Source: an uncultured Oscillospiraceae bacterium | GTDB taxonomy: Bacteria > Bacillota > Clostridia > Oscillospirales > Oscillospiraceae | Assembly: GCA_900764755.1 (NCBI GenBank) | Contig: CAAFPE010000046.1 | Location: 30,964-94,963, forward strand | Direction of reading: 5' to 3' | Length of the DNA: 64,000 bases | Shown here: in pieces, positions 36,806 to 46,588 of the stretch | How positions within the stretch are numbered: position 1 is the stretch's first letter | Layout of the letters: each line of letters starts with the position of its first letter | The notes under the pieces: model-generated | Database searches by the model: none | Seen by the model: only the letters and a program-made list of their open reading frames with translations | What the model was told of the DNA's origin: nothing | Made by a program: the position numbers and the translations under genes

Positions 36806-37639
36806 TCAAATTAGTCCATATTTGCCAAGCAGCCACTCCAGATCCAACTCCACTGGAAGGAGTTCCACATCCGGCTTTACCGTTTCCCCATGGAAGTCAC
36901 TGCCGCCGGTGATGGACAGGCTGAAACATTTTGCCAGCTTCAGGTAAAATACTGTCTGCTCAGCGCTGTGCTTAGGGTAATAGCACTCAAGACCGTCCAG
37001 ACCACATTCCCGCAGGTGGGACACGAGCTCTGTCAGCTGTGCGTCGCCATATCCGAGCTGGTATGGGTGCGCCAACACCGCTTTTCCTCCGGCGGCGTGA
37101 ATGGCGCGAATGCACTCGACCGCCGATGGTTTGTGCTCTTTCACACTCTCATGATACTCCAGCGTGTCCAACAGGTGGTCAAATACCTCCCGATTGGTGG
37201 AAGCATAACCGTGGCGGACGATGACTTGCGCAAAGTGGGGACGGCCCACAGCGGCATTTCCGGCCTGCCGCTCCACCTCTTCCAGGGGAATATGGATCCC
37301 TTTCTGTTTCAAGAAGTCCATGATCCGGTGCTTTCGCTGTTCCCGTTCCTGCCTCATTTTCTGGCAGAGCGCGCTTAACGGTGTATGTCCCGTCTGGACA
37401 TTCAGGCCCAGGATATGCAGATGCCGGTCCTCTGAGGCACTCAACTCCACCCCTGGGATGACCTGGATCCCCAGTTTTTTCCCTGCTGCCATAGCCTCCG
37501 GCAGGCCGCGGAGGGTATCATGGTCTGTGACAGCCATGTACTCCAGCCCAGCGTCCCTTGCCAGTCCTACCAACGCCGCTGGGGAATACTGGCCGTCGGA
37601 GGCCGTGGTATGGGTGTGTAAATCAGCAGGGTGCTTCAT
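36806..37639 (-). CDS. PHP-domain metal-dependent phosphoesterase (TrpH/YciV-like)
   Basis: N-terminal DLHTHTTASDG and VTDHD motifs of the PHP family. Confidence 0.8.
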   Translation of the reverse strand: MKHPADLHTHTTASDGQYSPAALVGLARDAGLEYMAVTDHDTLRGLPEAMAAGKKLGIQVIPGVELSASEDRHLHILGLNVQTGHTPLSALCQKMRQEREQRKHRIMDFLKQKGIHIPLEEVERQAGNAAVGRPHFAQVIVRHGYASTNREVFDHLLDTLEYHESVKEHKPSAVECIRAIHAAGGKAVLAHPYQLGYGDAQLTELVSHLRECGLDGLECYYPKHSAEQTVFYLKLAKCFSLSITGGSDFHGETVKPDVELLPVELDLEWLLGKYGLI

Positions 37640-37704
37640 AATATTACCTCGAAATGCTTCCTCTCAACCATGGAGACGCTGTCCTTGGCATAAGCGGCAG
37701 TCTG

Positions 37705-39723
37705 TTAACTGTAAGTCTCAGCACTGTGATGGATGGATGATGTCTGTGCTTCCGGCAGGTTGTCTGCATCGCTCATGGCCTGATCCAGCTTGTACTGTGC
37801 CACCAGACGTTTCAACAGATCAGCCTGACCGGACAATTCCTCTCCGGATGCCGCATTTTCTTCCGCAGTGGCGGTGTTGCTCTGCACTACCTGTGAGATA
37901 TGGTCCAGCTCCTGAGTGACTTGGGTCAAATGCTCCGCCTGAGCAGTCGCGGCAGTAGAGATATGATGGATGCTCTCAATGACTTCCTCTGCACCCGAAA
38001 CCGCTGTGATCAGACTCTTTGCAGTTTGATCCGCGATCCTTGTACCATTTTTAACGGCCTGCAGCGAGCGTTGGATCAAGGCAGTAGACTCATGGGAGGC
38101 CTCGGCGGATTTGCCGGCCAGGCTGCGTACTTCATCTGCCACAACGGCGAAGCCCTTCCCGGCTGTACCGGCACGCGCGGCCTCCACAGCGGCATTCAAA
38201 GCCAAAATGTTGGTTTGGAAGGCGATATCCTCGATGGTTTTGATAATTTTCTCGATCCCCTGAGAACTCTTGGAGATCTCGTCCATAGCCTGGATCATTT
38301 CCTTCATTTCGTTGTTGCTCGCGGTCATCTCGCCGCCTACGGCATTGGCTTTCTGGGTGGCTTGCTCAGCATCCTGAGCCATGTACTGCATTTTTTCATG
38401 TATGCTGTTGACGACCTCGGCCAATTTTTCGACAGAACTTTCCTGCTCGAAGCAGCCCTGGCTCAATACCTGGGCTCCGGTGGCCACATTTTTCGAGCTC
38501 ATCATCACGACCTCGGCAGCTTCATTGATTTTTCCCAAGGTATGGTTCAAATTGAAGATCAGTTGATATATATGATCTCTCAGTGCGATAAAATCACCCT
38601 TATATTCGATCTCTGGCCGGACGGTCAGATCGTTGTCCGCGATAGCGGAGAGTCCACGGCTCAGGTCAGAGATGTAGGCATTCAGGTCAGCAAAAGCGGT
38701 CCTTACGTTATCAGCAAGCAAGCCAAGTTCGTCCTTGGAGTGATATGTAACTTCCGTGTTCAAAATACCCTCAGACAGCTTGCTGGTGGCTGTTTGGATC
38801 TCAAGTACAGGCATAGAGATCATACGGGCCAGCCGCATTGTAATAACGAAGGATATGGCGATCATCATCAGCACGACTGCGAAGGTGACTACAAGACTCA
38901 TGTCCAAAAAGGTCTTAAATTCACCGTGGCTGATCTCAACACCGACACTCCATCCCTGCTCACCGCCCACCGGCGTATATCCAAAGCATTTATTGTCCCC
39001 ATCAAAGCGGTAAGAGGCGACGCCGGTCTCTCCAGCGATCATCGACCGATGAACCGCCGCCACCTGCGCCAAGCCTGGATCTTTTTCCGCCTGCTTGATA
39101 AAATTGACGCCATCTGACACATAGCTGGAATTGGGATGCCCGATTACATTTCCTTTTGCGTCCAGAATATATGCCTGTCCCTCTTCGCCCACGGACAGGC
39201 CACTGACGATATCATTTAAAAAACCGGCGCTCACTCCGCCGTAGACAATACCGTCAAAACGTCCGTTTTTCAGGATGGGGACTTCCAGCAGGAATATCGT
39301 CTGGTTACCGTCATAGATAAGGTCGGAGATGACGGGCCGCAAGGTCTCTTTGCACTTCAAGAAGTAATCGGTGTTTCCGTAATCAGCCCCGCCAAAGGCG
39401 ATCCCAGTTGCATCCATCTTCCCGACATATAGAAACCCATTCCGGGACGCGATTTCTTCCGTGAACGCAATCAACTCCGGATCCGTGGGCTGAGAGTTTC
39501 GGAAGATTTCTAAAGAGGCGGCCTCTGTCAAAGGCGCCCAATAATTATCCAACCGCCATTTTACCGCTTTGGCTGTAATTTTGGAAACAGGGGCTACTGT
39601 AGTTTCCATCATTCTGTCGATTCCTTTGACGTTTAGCAAAGAAGTGATTACGCCGATCAGAACAGAGTTGACCACAATAAGCGCGAGCACAATCACCCCG
39701 ATTTTGGATTTGATAGACTTCAT
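37705..39723 (-). CDS. methyl-accepting chemotaxis protein (Cache-type extracellular sensor, HAMP, MA domain)
   Basis: TM helix, ~270-aa periplasmic domain, TM helix, HAMP and a conserved MCP signalling domain ([37 protein letters not shown]). ATG at 39723 lies 8 nt after GGGAG. Confidence 0.9.
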   Translation of the reverse strand: MKSIKSKIGVIVLALIVVNSVLIGVITSLLNVKGIDRMMETTVAPVSKITAKAVKWRLDNYWAPLTEAASLEIFRNSQPTDPELIAFTEEIASRNGFLYVGKMDATGIAFGGADYGNTDYFLKCKETLRPVISDLIYDGNQTIFLLEVPILKNGRFDGIVYGGVSAGFLNDIVSGLSVGEEGQAYILDAKGNVIGHPNSSYVSDGVNFIKQAEKDPGLAQVAAVHRSMIAGETGVASYRFDGDNKCFGYTPVGGEQGWSVGVEISHGEFKTFLDMSLVVTFAVVLMMIAISFVITMRLARMISMPVLEIQTATSKLSEGILNTEVTYHSKDELGLLADNVRTAFADLNAYISDLSRGLSAIADNDLTVRPEIEYKGDFIALRDHIYQLIFNLNHTLGKINEAAEVVMMSSKNVATGAQVLSQGCFEQESSVEKLAEVVNSIHEKMQYMAQDAEQATQKANAVGGEMTASNNEMKEMIQAMDEISKSSQGIEKIIKTIEDIAFQTNILALNAAVEAARAGTAGKGFAVVADEVRSLAGKSAEASHESTALIQRSLQAVKNGTRIADQTAKSLITAVSGAEEVIESIHHISTAATAQAEHLTQVTQELDHISQVVQSNTATAEENAASGEELSGQADLLKRLVAQYKLDQAMSDADNLPEAQTSSIHHSAETYS

Positions 39724-39952
39724 AATTCCAACTCCCACACATTTTTTTGAAATGATCCTCTCTTCTTAACAGAAATTACAACACATATTAACTGATTTAA
39801 TTATAGCAATGTATTCGAACATTTTCAACACTCAAAATAATACGGAGATGTTCAAGCTGGAAAAAATTCAGACAACAGGGCTGCCTTTCAGGGAAGTGCC
39901 GGGAAAAACTGGGGATTGGGGCAAGAGCCGACAGGATGCGGCCAAATCTGCC

Positions 39953-39997
39953 TGGGACATCCCCTATAATTGGGACATCCAGAATATGGGTGTCCCA
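39953..39997 (+). promoter_or_regulatory. direct repeat TGGGACATCC x2 flanking TATAAT, plus a hairpin TGGGACA-(13)-TGTCCCA followed by TTTTGCTT, in the spoIIA leader/promoter region
   Basis: Seen directly at 39953-39962 and 39971-39980 (direct repeats) and 39971-39977/39991-39997 (inverted repeats). TATAAT at 39965-39970. Confidence 0.35.
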
Positions 39998-40036
39998 TTT
40001 TGCTTGACCGGGACGCCAGGAAAGGAGAGACGAGAC

Positions 40037-40342
40037 GTGGCAGTGATATGTGAGGAGGAAAACCGCTGTCTGACCGCGGCGGTGTCGGGGGAACTGGACC
40101 ACCATCGTGCAAAGGAAGTGATGGAGGAGCTGGACCGACAGATCGACGCCGCCCTCCCCAGAAAGCTGACCCTGGACCTGTCTGGGCTGACCTTTACAGA
40201 CAGCTCCGGTATCGCGGTCATCCTGCGCACCTACCGGAGGATGAGCCAGCTGCAGGGCGGGATGACCGTGGTCCATGCCCCGGACCAGGCCCGGCGGGTG
40301 TTCCGGGCGGCCGGGCTGGAAAAGCTGGTCCGATTTGAATAA
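40037..40342 (+). CDS. spoIIAA: anti-sigma F factor antagonist SpoIIAA (STAS domain)
   Basis: GTG start after an AAAGGAGAG RBS. STAS domain with the phosphorylatable Ser in DLSGLTFTDSSGIAV. The longer ORF from 39809 is rejected as a 5' extension. Confidence 0.8.
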   Translation: MAVICEEENRCLTAAVSGELDHHRAKEVMEELDRQIDAALPRKLTLDLSGLTFTDSSGIAVILRTYRRMSQLQGGMTVVHAPDQARRVFRAAGLEKLVRFE

Positions 40343-40360
40343 GTCAGGAGGCTGTACATC

Positions 40361-40798
40361 ATGAAAATAGAAAACTATTGCACCCTGGAGTTTCCCAGCT
40401 GCTCGGCCAACGAGGGGTTTGCCCGGGCGGCGGCGGCCTGCTTCGCCGCCCAGCTGGATCCTACCCTGGAGGAGATCAACGACGTTAAGACGGCAGTGAG
40501 CGAGGCGGTGACCAACGCCATCGTCCACGCCTACCCCGACCGGATCGGGAAGATCGTGATGAAGCTGCGGCGGAAGGAGGGACAGGTGCTGGAGATCGTG
40601 GTGCGGGACTGGGGGGTGGGCATCGCGGACGTGACGCAGGCCAGGACTCCGCTCTTCACCACTGGCAGCGAGGAGCGTGCCGGAATGGGCTTTACGATTA
40701 TGGAGAGCTTTATGGATGAATTGAAGGTCCGCTCCACGCCGGGAAAAGGGACCACCGTTACCATGCGGCGGCAGATCGCCCGCCGCATCTCAGGTTGA
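40361..40798 (+). CDS. spoIIAB: anti-sigma F factor / serine kinase SpoIIAB
   Basis: GHKL ATPase motifs (EAVTNAIVHAY, RDWGVGI, GMGFTIM). 145 aa. Confidence 0.85.
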   Translation: MKIENYCTLEFPSCSANEGFARAAAACFAAQLDPTLEEINDVKTAVSEAVTNAIVHAYPDRIGKIVMKLRRKEGQVLEIVVRDWGVGIADVTQARTPLFTTGSEERAGMGFTIMESFMDELKVRSTPGKGTTVTMRRQIARRISG

Positions 40799-41538
40799 AT
40801 GGGACGCCCACCGCCCCCCAGCTGCTGGAGGCGGCCCGGCTGGGGGACGAGCGGGCCTGTGAGCAGGTGCTGGAGGAGAACAATGGGCTGATCTGGTCCA
40901 TCGTGCGCCGCTACTACGGCCGCGGCGTGGAGCCGGATGACCTGTATCAGCTGGGCTGTCTGGGCTTTTTGAAGGCGGTGCGGGGGTATGACCCCGCCTT
41001 TGGGACTCAGTTTTCCACCTATGCTGTGCCCAAGATCGCCGGGGAGATCCGGCGGTTCCTGCGGGACGACGGGGCGGTAAAGGTGAGCCGGGGCATGAAG
41101 GAGCGGGGCGTTCTGGTGCGGGGGCTCCGCAGCCGCCTGTGTGCCGAACTGGGCCGGGAGCCCGCCCTGTCTGAGCTGGCGGAGGCCGCCGGCCTCACCC
41201 CGGAGGAGGTGGCGGCGGCGGAGACGGCCACCGAGCCGGTGATCTCTCTCCAGACGGAGACCGGAGAGGGCGGCCTGACTCTGGAGGGGATGCTGTCCGG
41301 CGGCGGTATGGAGGACGGGCTGGTGGAGCGGCTGGCCCTGCGGGGGGCGTTGGAGGAGCTGCCACAGCGGGAGCGGGAGGTGCTGCTGCTGCGGTATTAC
41401 AAGGGGCTGACCCAGACCCGGGTGGCCCGGGTGCTGGGGGTGTCCCAGGTGCAGGTCTCCCGTTTGGAGCGCCGGGCGGTGGAGCGTCTGCGGCAGATGC
41501 TGGCGACGGAGAGGGGACAGGCCCCGCCGGGCGGATGA
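40795..41538 (+). CDS. sigF: sporulation sigma factor SigF
   Basis: Sigma-70 regions 2-4 (LIWSIVRRYYGRGVEPDDLYQLGCLGFLKAV; region 4 TQTRVARVLGVSQVQVSRLERRAV). Follows spoIIAA-AB. Confidence 0.85.
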   Translation: MNGTPTAPQLLEAARLGDERACEQVLEENNGLIWSIVRRYYGRGVEPDDLYQLGCLGFLKAVRGYDPAFGTQFSTYAVPKIAGEIRRFLRDDGAVKVSRGMKERGVLVRGLRSRLCAELGREPALSELAEAAGLTPEEVAAAETATEPVISLQTETGEGGLTLEGMLSGGGMEDGLVERLALRGALEELPQREREVLLLRYYKGLTQTRVARVLGVSQVQVSRLERRAVERLRQMLATERGQAPPGG

Positions 41539-41558
41539 CACACTTTCCTATCTGGATG

Positions 41559-41595
41559 CAAATATCCCCTGATGCTGTGCATCAGGGGATATTTG
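41559..41595. terminator. strong stem-loop between convergent sigF and the MarR-family gene
   Basis: CAAATATCCCCTGATG-ctgtg-CATCAGGGGATATTTG forms a 16-bp perfect stem. The flanking U-tracts are poor. Confidence 0.5.
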
Positions 41596-41619
41596 TATGG
41601 TCTGATGCCGCCGGAGGGG

Positions 41620-42081
41620 TCACAGGTCACTCCGTGCGGACAGGGTTGGGTCCAGCTCAGGCATCAGCTCGTTGGAGATGATGTCCAGCATCTCCTCCAG
41701 CTTGGCCACATCCTCTTCCGGAAAGCGGTTTTTGATCCGCTCCATGACAGTAGAGAGATAGCGGTAGCTGACGTTGTAGTAGTCAATATACTTCTGGGTG
41801 ACGTACAGGTGGTACTCCCGCTTGTCATCCGGAGACTGCTTCTTGGTCACATAACCCTTCTGGATCAGGTTATTGATCTTGTAGGCCGCATTGGGAGGAG
41901 AGATGTTGACAAAGCTGGAGAACTCGTTGATAGTGGGGTGGCCCAGGGCATTGATGATCTCCATGCAAAAGCTTTCTACTGTGGTGAGACTGGCCTCCCG
42001 GTTCTGAAAGCGGGCGAATACGGCACGGTAAAAGTGGAGCTTGAATTTGGTATACACGCGGTCAAAAGCACGGTCCAGCAT
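41620..42081 (-). CDS. MarR-family transcriptional regulator at the distal end of the fab cluster (FabT-like candidate)
   Basis: Winged-helix MarR-type region. AGGAGG RBS 7 nt before the ATG at 42081. Co-oriented with the fab operon. Confidence 0.65.
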   Translation of the reverse strand: MLDRAFDRVYTKFKLHFYRAVFARFQNREASLTTVESFCMEIINALGHPTINEFSSFVNISPPNAAYKINNLIQKGYVTKKQSPDDKREYHLYVTQKYIDYYNVSYRYLSTVMERIKNRFPEEDVAKLEEMLDIISNELMPELDPTLSARSDL

Positions 42082-42153
42082 AAATCTGCCTCCTGTATCA
42101 TTTCGTGGCACTCGTTGTCATTAGAATACCAAATTTACAGGCGGAAAGCAAAT

Positions 42154-42579
42154 TTATTGGATGACAAAGGTCAATTCGCAGCGGGCGGCCAGTTTGCCGT
42201 CCACCTTTGCCGCCGCCTTGCCGAAGCCTACCGGCCCGTGCTGCTCCACCAGCTCACAGGACAGCTCCAGCACGTCGCCGGGGCGCACCGGCTGCTTGAA
42301 GCGGGCGTTCTTCACGCCGCCGAAGATGGCCAGCTTTCCCTGGTTCTCCGGCAGGGAGAGGGCGGCCACCGCTCCGGTCTGAGCCAGGGCCTCCAGGATG
42401 AGCACCCCGGGCATGATGGGGTTGCCGGGGAAGTGGCCCACGAAGAAGGGCTCATTCATGGTGACACATTTGATACCTGTGGCCTTTACACCGGGCTCAC
42501 AATCGGTGATCCGGTCCACCAGCAGGAAGGGGGGGCGGTGAGGAAGGATCTCCATGATCTGCTGAATGTTCAGTTCCAT
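42154..42579 (-). CDS. fabZ: 3-hydroxyacyl-ACP dehydratase FabZ
   Basis: Hot-dog fold motifs [11 protein letters not shown] and [13 protein letters not shown]. Confidence 0.9.
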   Translation of the reverse strand: MELNIQQIMEILPHRPPFLLVDRITDCEPGVKATGIKCVTMNEPFFVGHFPGNPIMPGVLILEALAQTGAVAALSLPENQGKLAIFGGVKNARFKQPVRPGDVLELSCELVEQHGPVGFGKAAAKVDGKLAARCELTFVIQ

Positions 42580-42582
42580 GAC

Positions 42583-43824
42583 TCAGCCCTCCCACTTCTG
42601 AAAGACCAGACAGGTGTTGTGACCGCCGAAGCCCAGAGAGTCGGACAGGGCGCAGTGGATGTCAGCCTGTCGGCCTTCGTTGGGGACGATGTCCAGGTCA
42701 CAGGCGGGATCGGGGACCTGGTAATGGATGGTGGCGGGGACGAAGCTGTCCTTCAGCGCCAGGACGCAGAACACCGCCTCTACCGCGCCGCTGGCTCCCA
42801 GCAGGTGGCCGGTCATGGACTTGGTGGAGCTGACCATCAGCCGGTCAGCGTGGCCGCCGAACACCTTGCGGATAGCGGCGGTCTCGCCGCTGTCGTTCAA
42901 GGGGGTGGAGGTCCCGTGGGCGTTGATGTAGTCCACCGCCTCGGGGGCGGTGCCAGCGTCCGCCAAGGCCTGCTCCATACAGGCGGCGCTCCAGGCCCCT
43001 GCGGGGTCGGGGGCGGTGATGTGGTAGGCGTCGCAGGTGGCGCCGTAGCCGGTGATCTCACCCAGGATCTGAGCGCCGCGAGCGAGGGCGTGCTCCAGTT
43101 CCTCCAGCACCAGAATGGCGGCACCCTCGCCCATGACGAAGCCGCTGCGCTCCGCATCAAAGGGGATGGAGGCCCGGGCCGGGTCAGAGGCAGTGGTCAG
43201 GGCGCTCATGGAGGTGAAGCCGCCAATGGCCAGGGGGGTGATAGAGGCCTCCGCGCCGCCAGCCACCATGACCTCGGCATATCCGTCCCGGATGTGGCGG
43301 AAGGCGTCGCCTACCGCATTGCTGCCGCCGGCACAGGCGGCCACAGGGGAGATGCACATCCCGTGCAGGCCGAAGCGGATGGCGATGTGTCCGGCAGCCA
43401 GGTTGGAGATGGCCATGGGGATGAAGAAGGGGGAGACCTTGTCAAAGCCGCGGCTCTGGCCGGACTCACAGCAGCTCTGAATGGTGCTGATCCCGCCGAT
43501 GCCGCTGGAGACGGACACCCCCATGCGGCTGGTGTCCTCCCGCTCCAGATCCAGGCCGCTCTGGGCCATGGCCTCCACTGCGGCAGTGACGGCGAACTGA
43601 GTGAAGCGGTCCATCCGGCGGGCCTCTTTTTTATCCAGGACCCGGGTGGGGTCGAAGTCCTTCACCTCTGCGGCCAGGGATACCTTCTGGCTGCTGTGGT
43701 CGTACAGGGTGATGGGGGCGATGCCGCACGCGCCGGCCCGGACCGCGTCCCAGGTCTCCTGGACGGTGTGGCCCAGGGGAGTGACGGCCCCCATGCCGGT
43801 GATCACTACGCGTCTTTTTTCCAT
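42583..43824 (-). CDS. fabF: 3-oxoacyl-ACP synthase II FabF
   Basis: RVVITGMG N-terminus, active-site Cys region (VSSGIGG / ACAGG) and His-His (HGTS..., GHLLGASG). ATG at 43824 after AAAGGAA. Confidence 0.9.
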   Translation of the reverse strand: MEKRRVVITGMGAVTPLGHTVQETWDAVRAGACGIAPITLYDHSSQKVSLAAEVKDFDPTRVLDKKEARRMDRFTQFAVTAAVEAMAQSGLDLEREDTSRMGVSVSSGIGGISTIQSCCESGQSRGFDKVSPFFIPMAISNLAAGHIAIRFGLHGMCISPVAACAGGSNAVGDAFRHIRDGYAEVMVAGGAEASITPLAIGGFTSMSALTTASDPARASIPFDAERSGFVMGEGAAILVLEELEHALARGAQILGEITGYGATCDAYHITAPDPAGAWSAACMEQALADAGTAPEAVDYINAHGTSTPLNDSGETAAIRKVFGGHADRLMVSSTKSMTGHLLGASGAVEAVFCVLALKDSFVPATIHYQVPDPACDLDIVPNEGRQADIHCALSDSLGFGGHNTCLVFQKWEG

Positions 43825-43846
43825 AGCTCTGTTTCCTTTCTGCGGC

Positions 43847-44590
43847 TTAAACCGCCATGCCGCCGTCGACACACAGCACCTGGCCGGTGACATAGGCGGT
43901 CTCGTCCGCAGCAAAGAAGGCCACGGCCCGGGCCACATCCTCCGGCTGACCCAGACGGGCCATGGGGATGGTCTTGAGCAGGGCTTCCTTCGCCGCCTCC
44001 GGCAGGACTGCGGTCATATCCGTGTCGATAAAGCCGGGGGCCACCGCGTTGACGGTAACTTTTCGGGCGGCCAGCTCCTTGGCCAGAGATTTGGTCAGGC
44101 CGATGAGGCCGGCCTTGCTGGCGGAGTAGTTGGCCTGACCGGCGTTGCCACGGAGGCCCACCACGCTGCTCATGTTGATGATGCGGCCATAGCGCTGGCG
44201 CATCATGGGGCGGTAGGCTGCCTTGCAGCAGCAGAAGGCCCCCTTCAGGTTGGTGTCCAGCACGGCGTCGAAGTCGGCCTCGCTGATGCTCAGGGCCAGA
44301 TTGTCCCGGGTGATGCCGGCGTTATTCACCAGGATGTGGAGGCTTCCGAAGGAGGAGATGACCTCCTTGACCATGGCCTCACAGGCGGCGGCGTCGGCTA
44401 CGTCGGCCTGGATGGTCACAGCCTGGACACCCAGCTCCCGGCAGGCGGCGGCGGTCTCTTCGGCGGCCTGAGCGTTGCCGGCGTAGTTCACCGCCACATT
44501 GGCGCCCTGGCGGGCCAGCTCCAGGCAGATGGCCCGGCCGATCCCCCGGCTCCCGCCGGTGACCAGCGCGTTTCTTCCTTGCAGACTCAT
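43847..44590 (-). CDS. fabG: 3-oxoacyl-ACP reductase FabG
   Basis: SDR family: TGGSRGIG and YSASKAG. Confidence 0.9.
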   Translation of the reverse strand: MSLQGRNALVTGGSRGIGRAICLELARQGANVAVNYAGNAQAAEETAAACRELGVQAVTIQADVADAAACEAMVKEVISSFGSLHILVNNAGITRDNLALSISEADFDAVLDTNLKGAFCCCKAAYRPMMRQRYGRIINMSSVVGLRGNAGQANYSASKAGLIGLTKSLAKELAARKVTVNAVAPGFIDTDMTAVLPEAAKEALLKTIPMARLGQPEDVARAVAFFAADETAYVTGQVLCVDGGMAV

Positions 44591-44594
44591 GGAA

Positions 44595-45524
44595 TCACGC
44601 TCCTTTCAGGGCGGCGATGGCGGCCTCCAGCTCCTCCGCCGTCTCCACCGGATAGCATTTGATTTGTTTGGCAGTTTTGCGGACGAAGCCGGACAGGGTC
44701 CGGCCCGGGCCGATCTCCACCACCGTATCCACGCCCAGCTCGGCCAGGCGGCGGATGGTGTCCTCCAGATAGACGCTGGACTGGACCTGCTGCTCCAGAA
44801 GATCGGGAATGGTGTCCCGCTCACCCTTCAGATCGCCCAGGCAGTTGAAGAGCACGGGGATCTCCATCTCACAGAAGGGTACGTTCTGGAACTTCTCCCG
44901 CAGGGCGTCACCGGCGGGGGCCATGAGGGAGGTATGGAAGGGGCCGCTGACCTTGAGGGACAGCACCCGCTTGGCTCCCGCGGCCTTGGCCAGCTCCCCA
45001 GCCCGGTCTACTGCAGCGGCATCGCCGGAAATGACGATCTGACCAGGGCAGTTGAAGTTGGTGCACTCCACCACACCTGCGTCGGAGGCCTCCTCACAGA
45101 CCTGCTTCAGGGTATCCCGGTCCAGGTTCAGCACTGCCGCCATGCCGCAGGGGCGGTCCTTCACCGCGTCGGCCATGGCCTGGCCCCGGAAGGCCACTAA
45201 GGAGATGGCGGAGGGCGCGTCCAGCACCCCGGCGCAGTGCAGCGCGGAGTACTCCCCTAGGCTGAGACCGGCGGTATAGTCGGGGACGATGCCCGCATCC
45301 TTCAGCAGGGCGGTGACCCCGGCGGCGAAGGCCACCATGCAGGGCTGGGTGTACCGGGTGTCATTCAGGCGCTCCTCCGGCCCGTCAAAGCACAGCTGCT
45401 TCAGGTCGAAGTCCACTGGGGCGCTGTCCAGCACCTCACGGAAAGCGGGATAGGTCTCATACAGGTCCCGGCCCATGCCCACGTGCTGGGCGCCCTGGCC
45501 GGCATACAAAAAGGCAAGCTTCAT
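44595..45524 (-). CDS. fabD: malonyl-CoA:ACP transacylase FabD
   Basis: LAFLYAGQGAQ and GLSLGEYSAL active-site Ser motif. ATGA overlap with the upstream fabK stop. Confidence 0.9.
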   Translation of the reverse strand: MKLAFLYAGQGAQHVGMGRDLYETYPAFREVLDSAPVDFDLKQLCFDGPEERLNDTRYTQPCMVAFAAGVTALLKDAGIVPDYTAGLSLGEYSALHCAGVLDAPSAISLVAFRGQAMADAVKDRPCGMAAVLNLDRDTLKQVCEEASDAGVVECTNFNCPGQIVISGDAAAVDRAGELAKAAGAKRVLSLKVSGPFHTSLMAPAGDALREKFQNVPFCEMEIPVLFNCLGDLKGERDTIPDLLEQQVQSSVYLEDTIRRLAELGVDTVVEIGPGRTLSGFVRKTAKQIKCYPVETAEELEAAIAALKGA

Positions 45525-46585
45525 GCAAAAGCCCTCCAATCCTTCATCAATTCGTCCATCAGCTCCCGCACATGGAGCATCCGGTCCAGCTTCCCCACAT
45601 TGGAGCCGCTGAAGAACAGGCCCTCCTCCCGGTTGCCCTTCACCGCCTGGATCAGGGCGTGGGTGATGCAGAAGGGGACCTGGGCCGGCTGGCAGCCGGC
45701 CATACACAGGGAGCAGTGCTTCGGAGGGAAACGCAGTCCCTGCTCCAGACGCTGGATCAGGGGGGTGCGCACCGCACGGCCGGGCATCCCAACGGGGCTG
45801 TGGATGATGGCCAGATCCTCCTCCCGGGCCTGGAGCAGCACGTCCTTGAAGCCCTGGGAGGCGTCGCACTCATAAGTGGCGATGAAGCGGGTGGCCAGCT
45901 GGACCCCCGCTGCCCCCAGCCGGGTGTACCGGGCCATATCCTGTCCGGTGAATACCCCGCCTGCTGCAAAGACCGGGATGGAGTGGCCGTATTTCTCCTC
46001 GTAGGGCCGGACCTCGGCCAGCACGCCGGGGAGGATCTCCTCCAGAGTGGGACACCGGCCCTCCAGCAGTTCATCCTCATGGAAGCCCAGGTGGCCGCCG
46101 GCCTGTGAGCCCTCCACCACCACAAAGTCGGCGGTGGTCTGGTATTTCCGGTCCCAGGTCTTTAGGATCAGCTTGGCCGCCCGCGCGCTGGAGACAATGG
46201 GGGCGATGGCGGTCCTGCTGCCCTGGGTGAGGGCGGGGAGCTCCAGGGGGAGCCCCGCGCCGGACACCACCGCGTCCACCCCGGCGGCTACGGCGGTTCG
46301 TACCGCGTCTGCGAACTGCCGGGTGGCCACCATAGCATTGATCGCTATCATACCAGTTCCATGGGCCAGCTCCCGGGCCTTTTGGATCTCGGCCTTTAAG
46401 GCACGCAGGTTGGCGGTCAGGGGATCCCGGTCAAAGTCTGGCTCCTGAAAGCCCACGTCGGCGGTGCTGATGGTGCCCATGCCGCCGCAGGCGGCCACAG
46501 CGCCGGCCAGGCCGCCCATGGAGACTCCGACCCCCATGCCTCCCTGTAAAATAGGGACAGTTAGCTCATGTCCGCAAATCTGCAT
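45521..46585 (-). CDS. fabK: enoyl-ACP reductase II FabK (FMN-dependent NPD family)
   Basis: NPD/FabK family protein with a glycine-rich FMN-binding region. Confidence 0.8.
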   Translation of the reverse strand: MQICGHELTVPILQGGMGVGVSMGGLAGAVAACGGMGTISTADVGFQEPDFDRDPLTANLRALKAEIQKARELAHGTGMIAINAMVATRQFADAVRTAVAAGVDAVVSGAGLPLELPALTQGSRTAIAPIVSSARAAKLILKTWDRKYQTTADFVVVEGSQAGGHLGFHEDELLEGRCPTLEEILPGVLAEVRPYEEKYGHSIPVFAAGGVFTGQDMARYTRLGAAGVQLATRFIATYECDASQGFKDVLLQAREEDLAIIHSPVGMPGRAVRTPLIQRLEQGLRFPPKHCSLCMAGCQPAQVPFCITHALIQAVKGNREEGLFFSGSNVGKLDRMLHVRELMDELMKDWRAFA

Positions 46586-46588
46586 CTC

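Noticed and set aside
39809-40036. 5' extension of the spoIIAA ORF (the 177-aa version)
   Set aside because: A STAS-domain SpoIIAA is about 100-115 aa. An AAAGGAGAG RBS and GTG at 40037 fit. The upstream 76 codons have no similarity and contain the promoter and repeat elements.
41572-43890. 772-aa plus-strand ORF spanning fabT-fabZ-fabF on the opposite strand. Similar long antisense ORFs occur at 46568..48523 (+), 49221..50240 (+), 54635..55855 (-) and 61325..63016 (-).
   Set aside because: They lie antisense to strongly supported conserved genes in about 68% GC DNA where stop codons are rare. Their translations are Gly/Arg/Ala-rich low-complexity with no domain.
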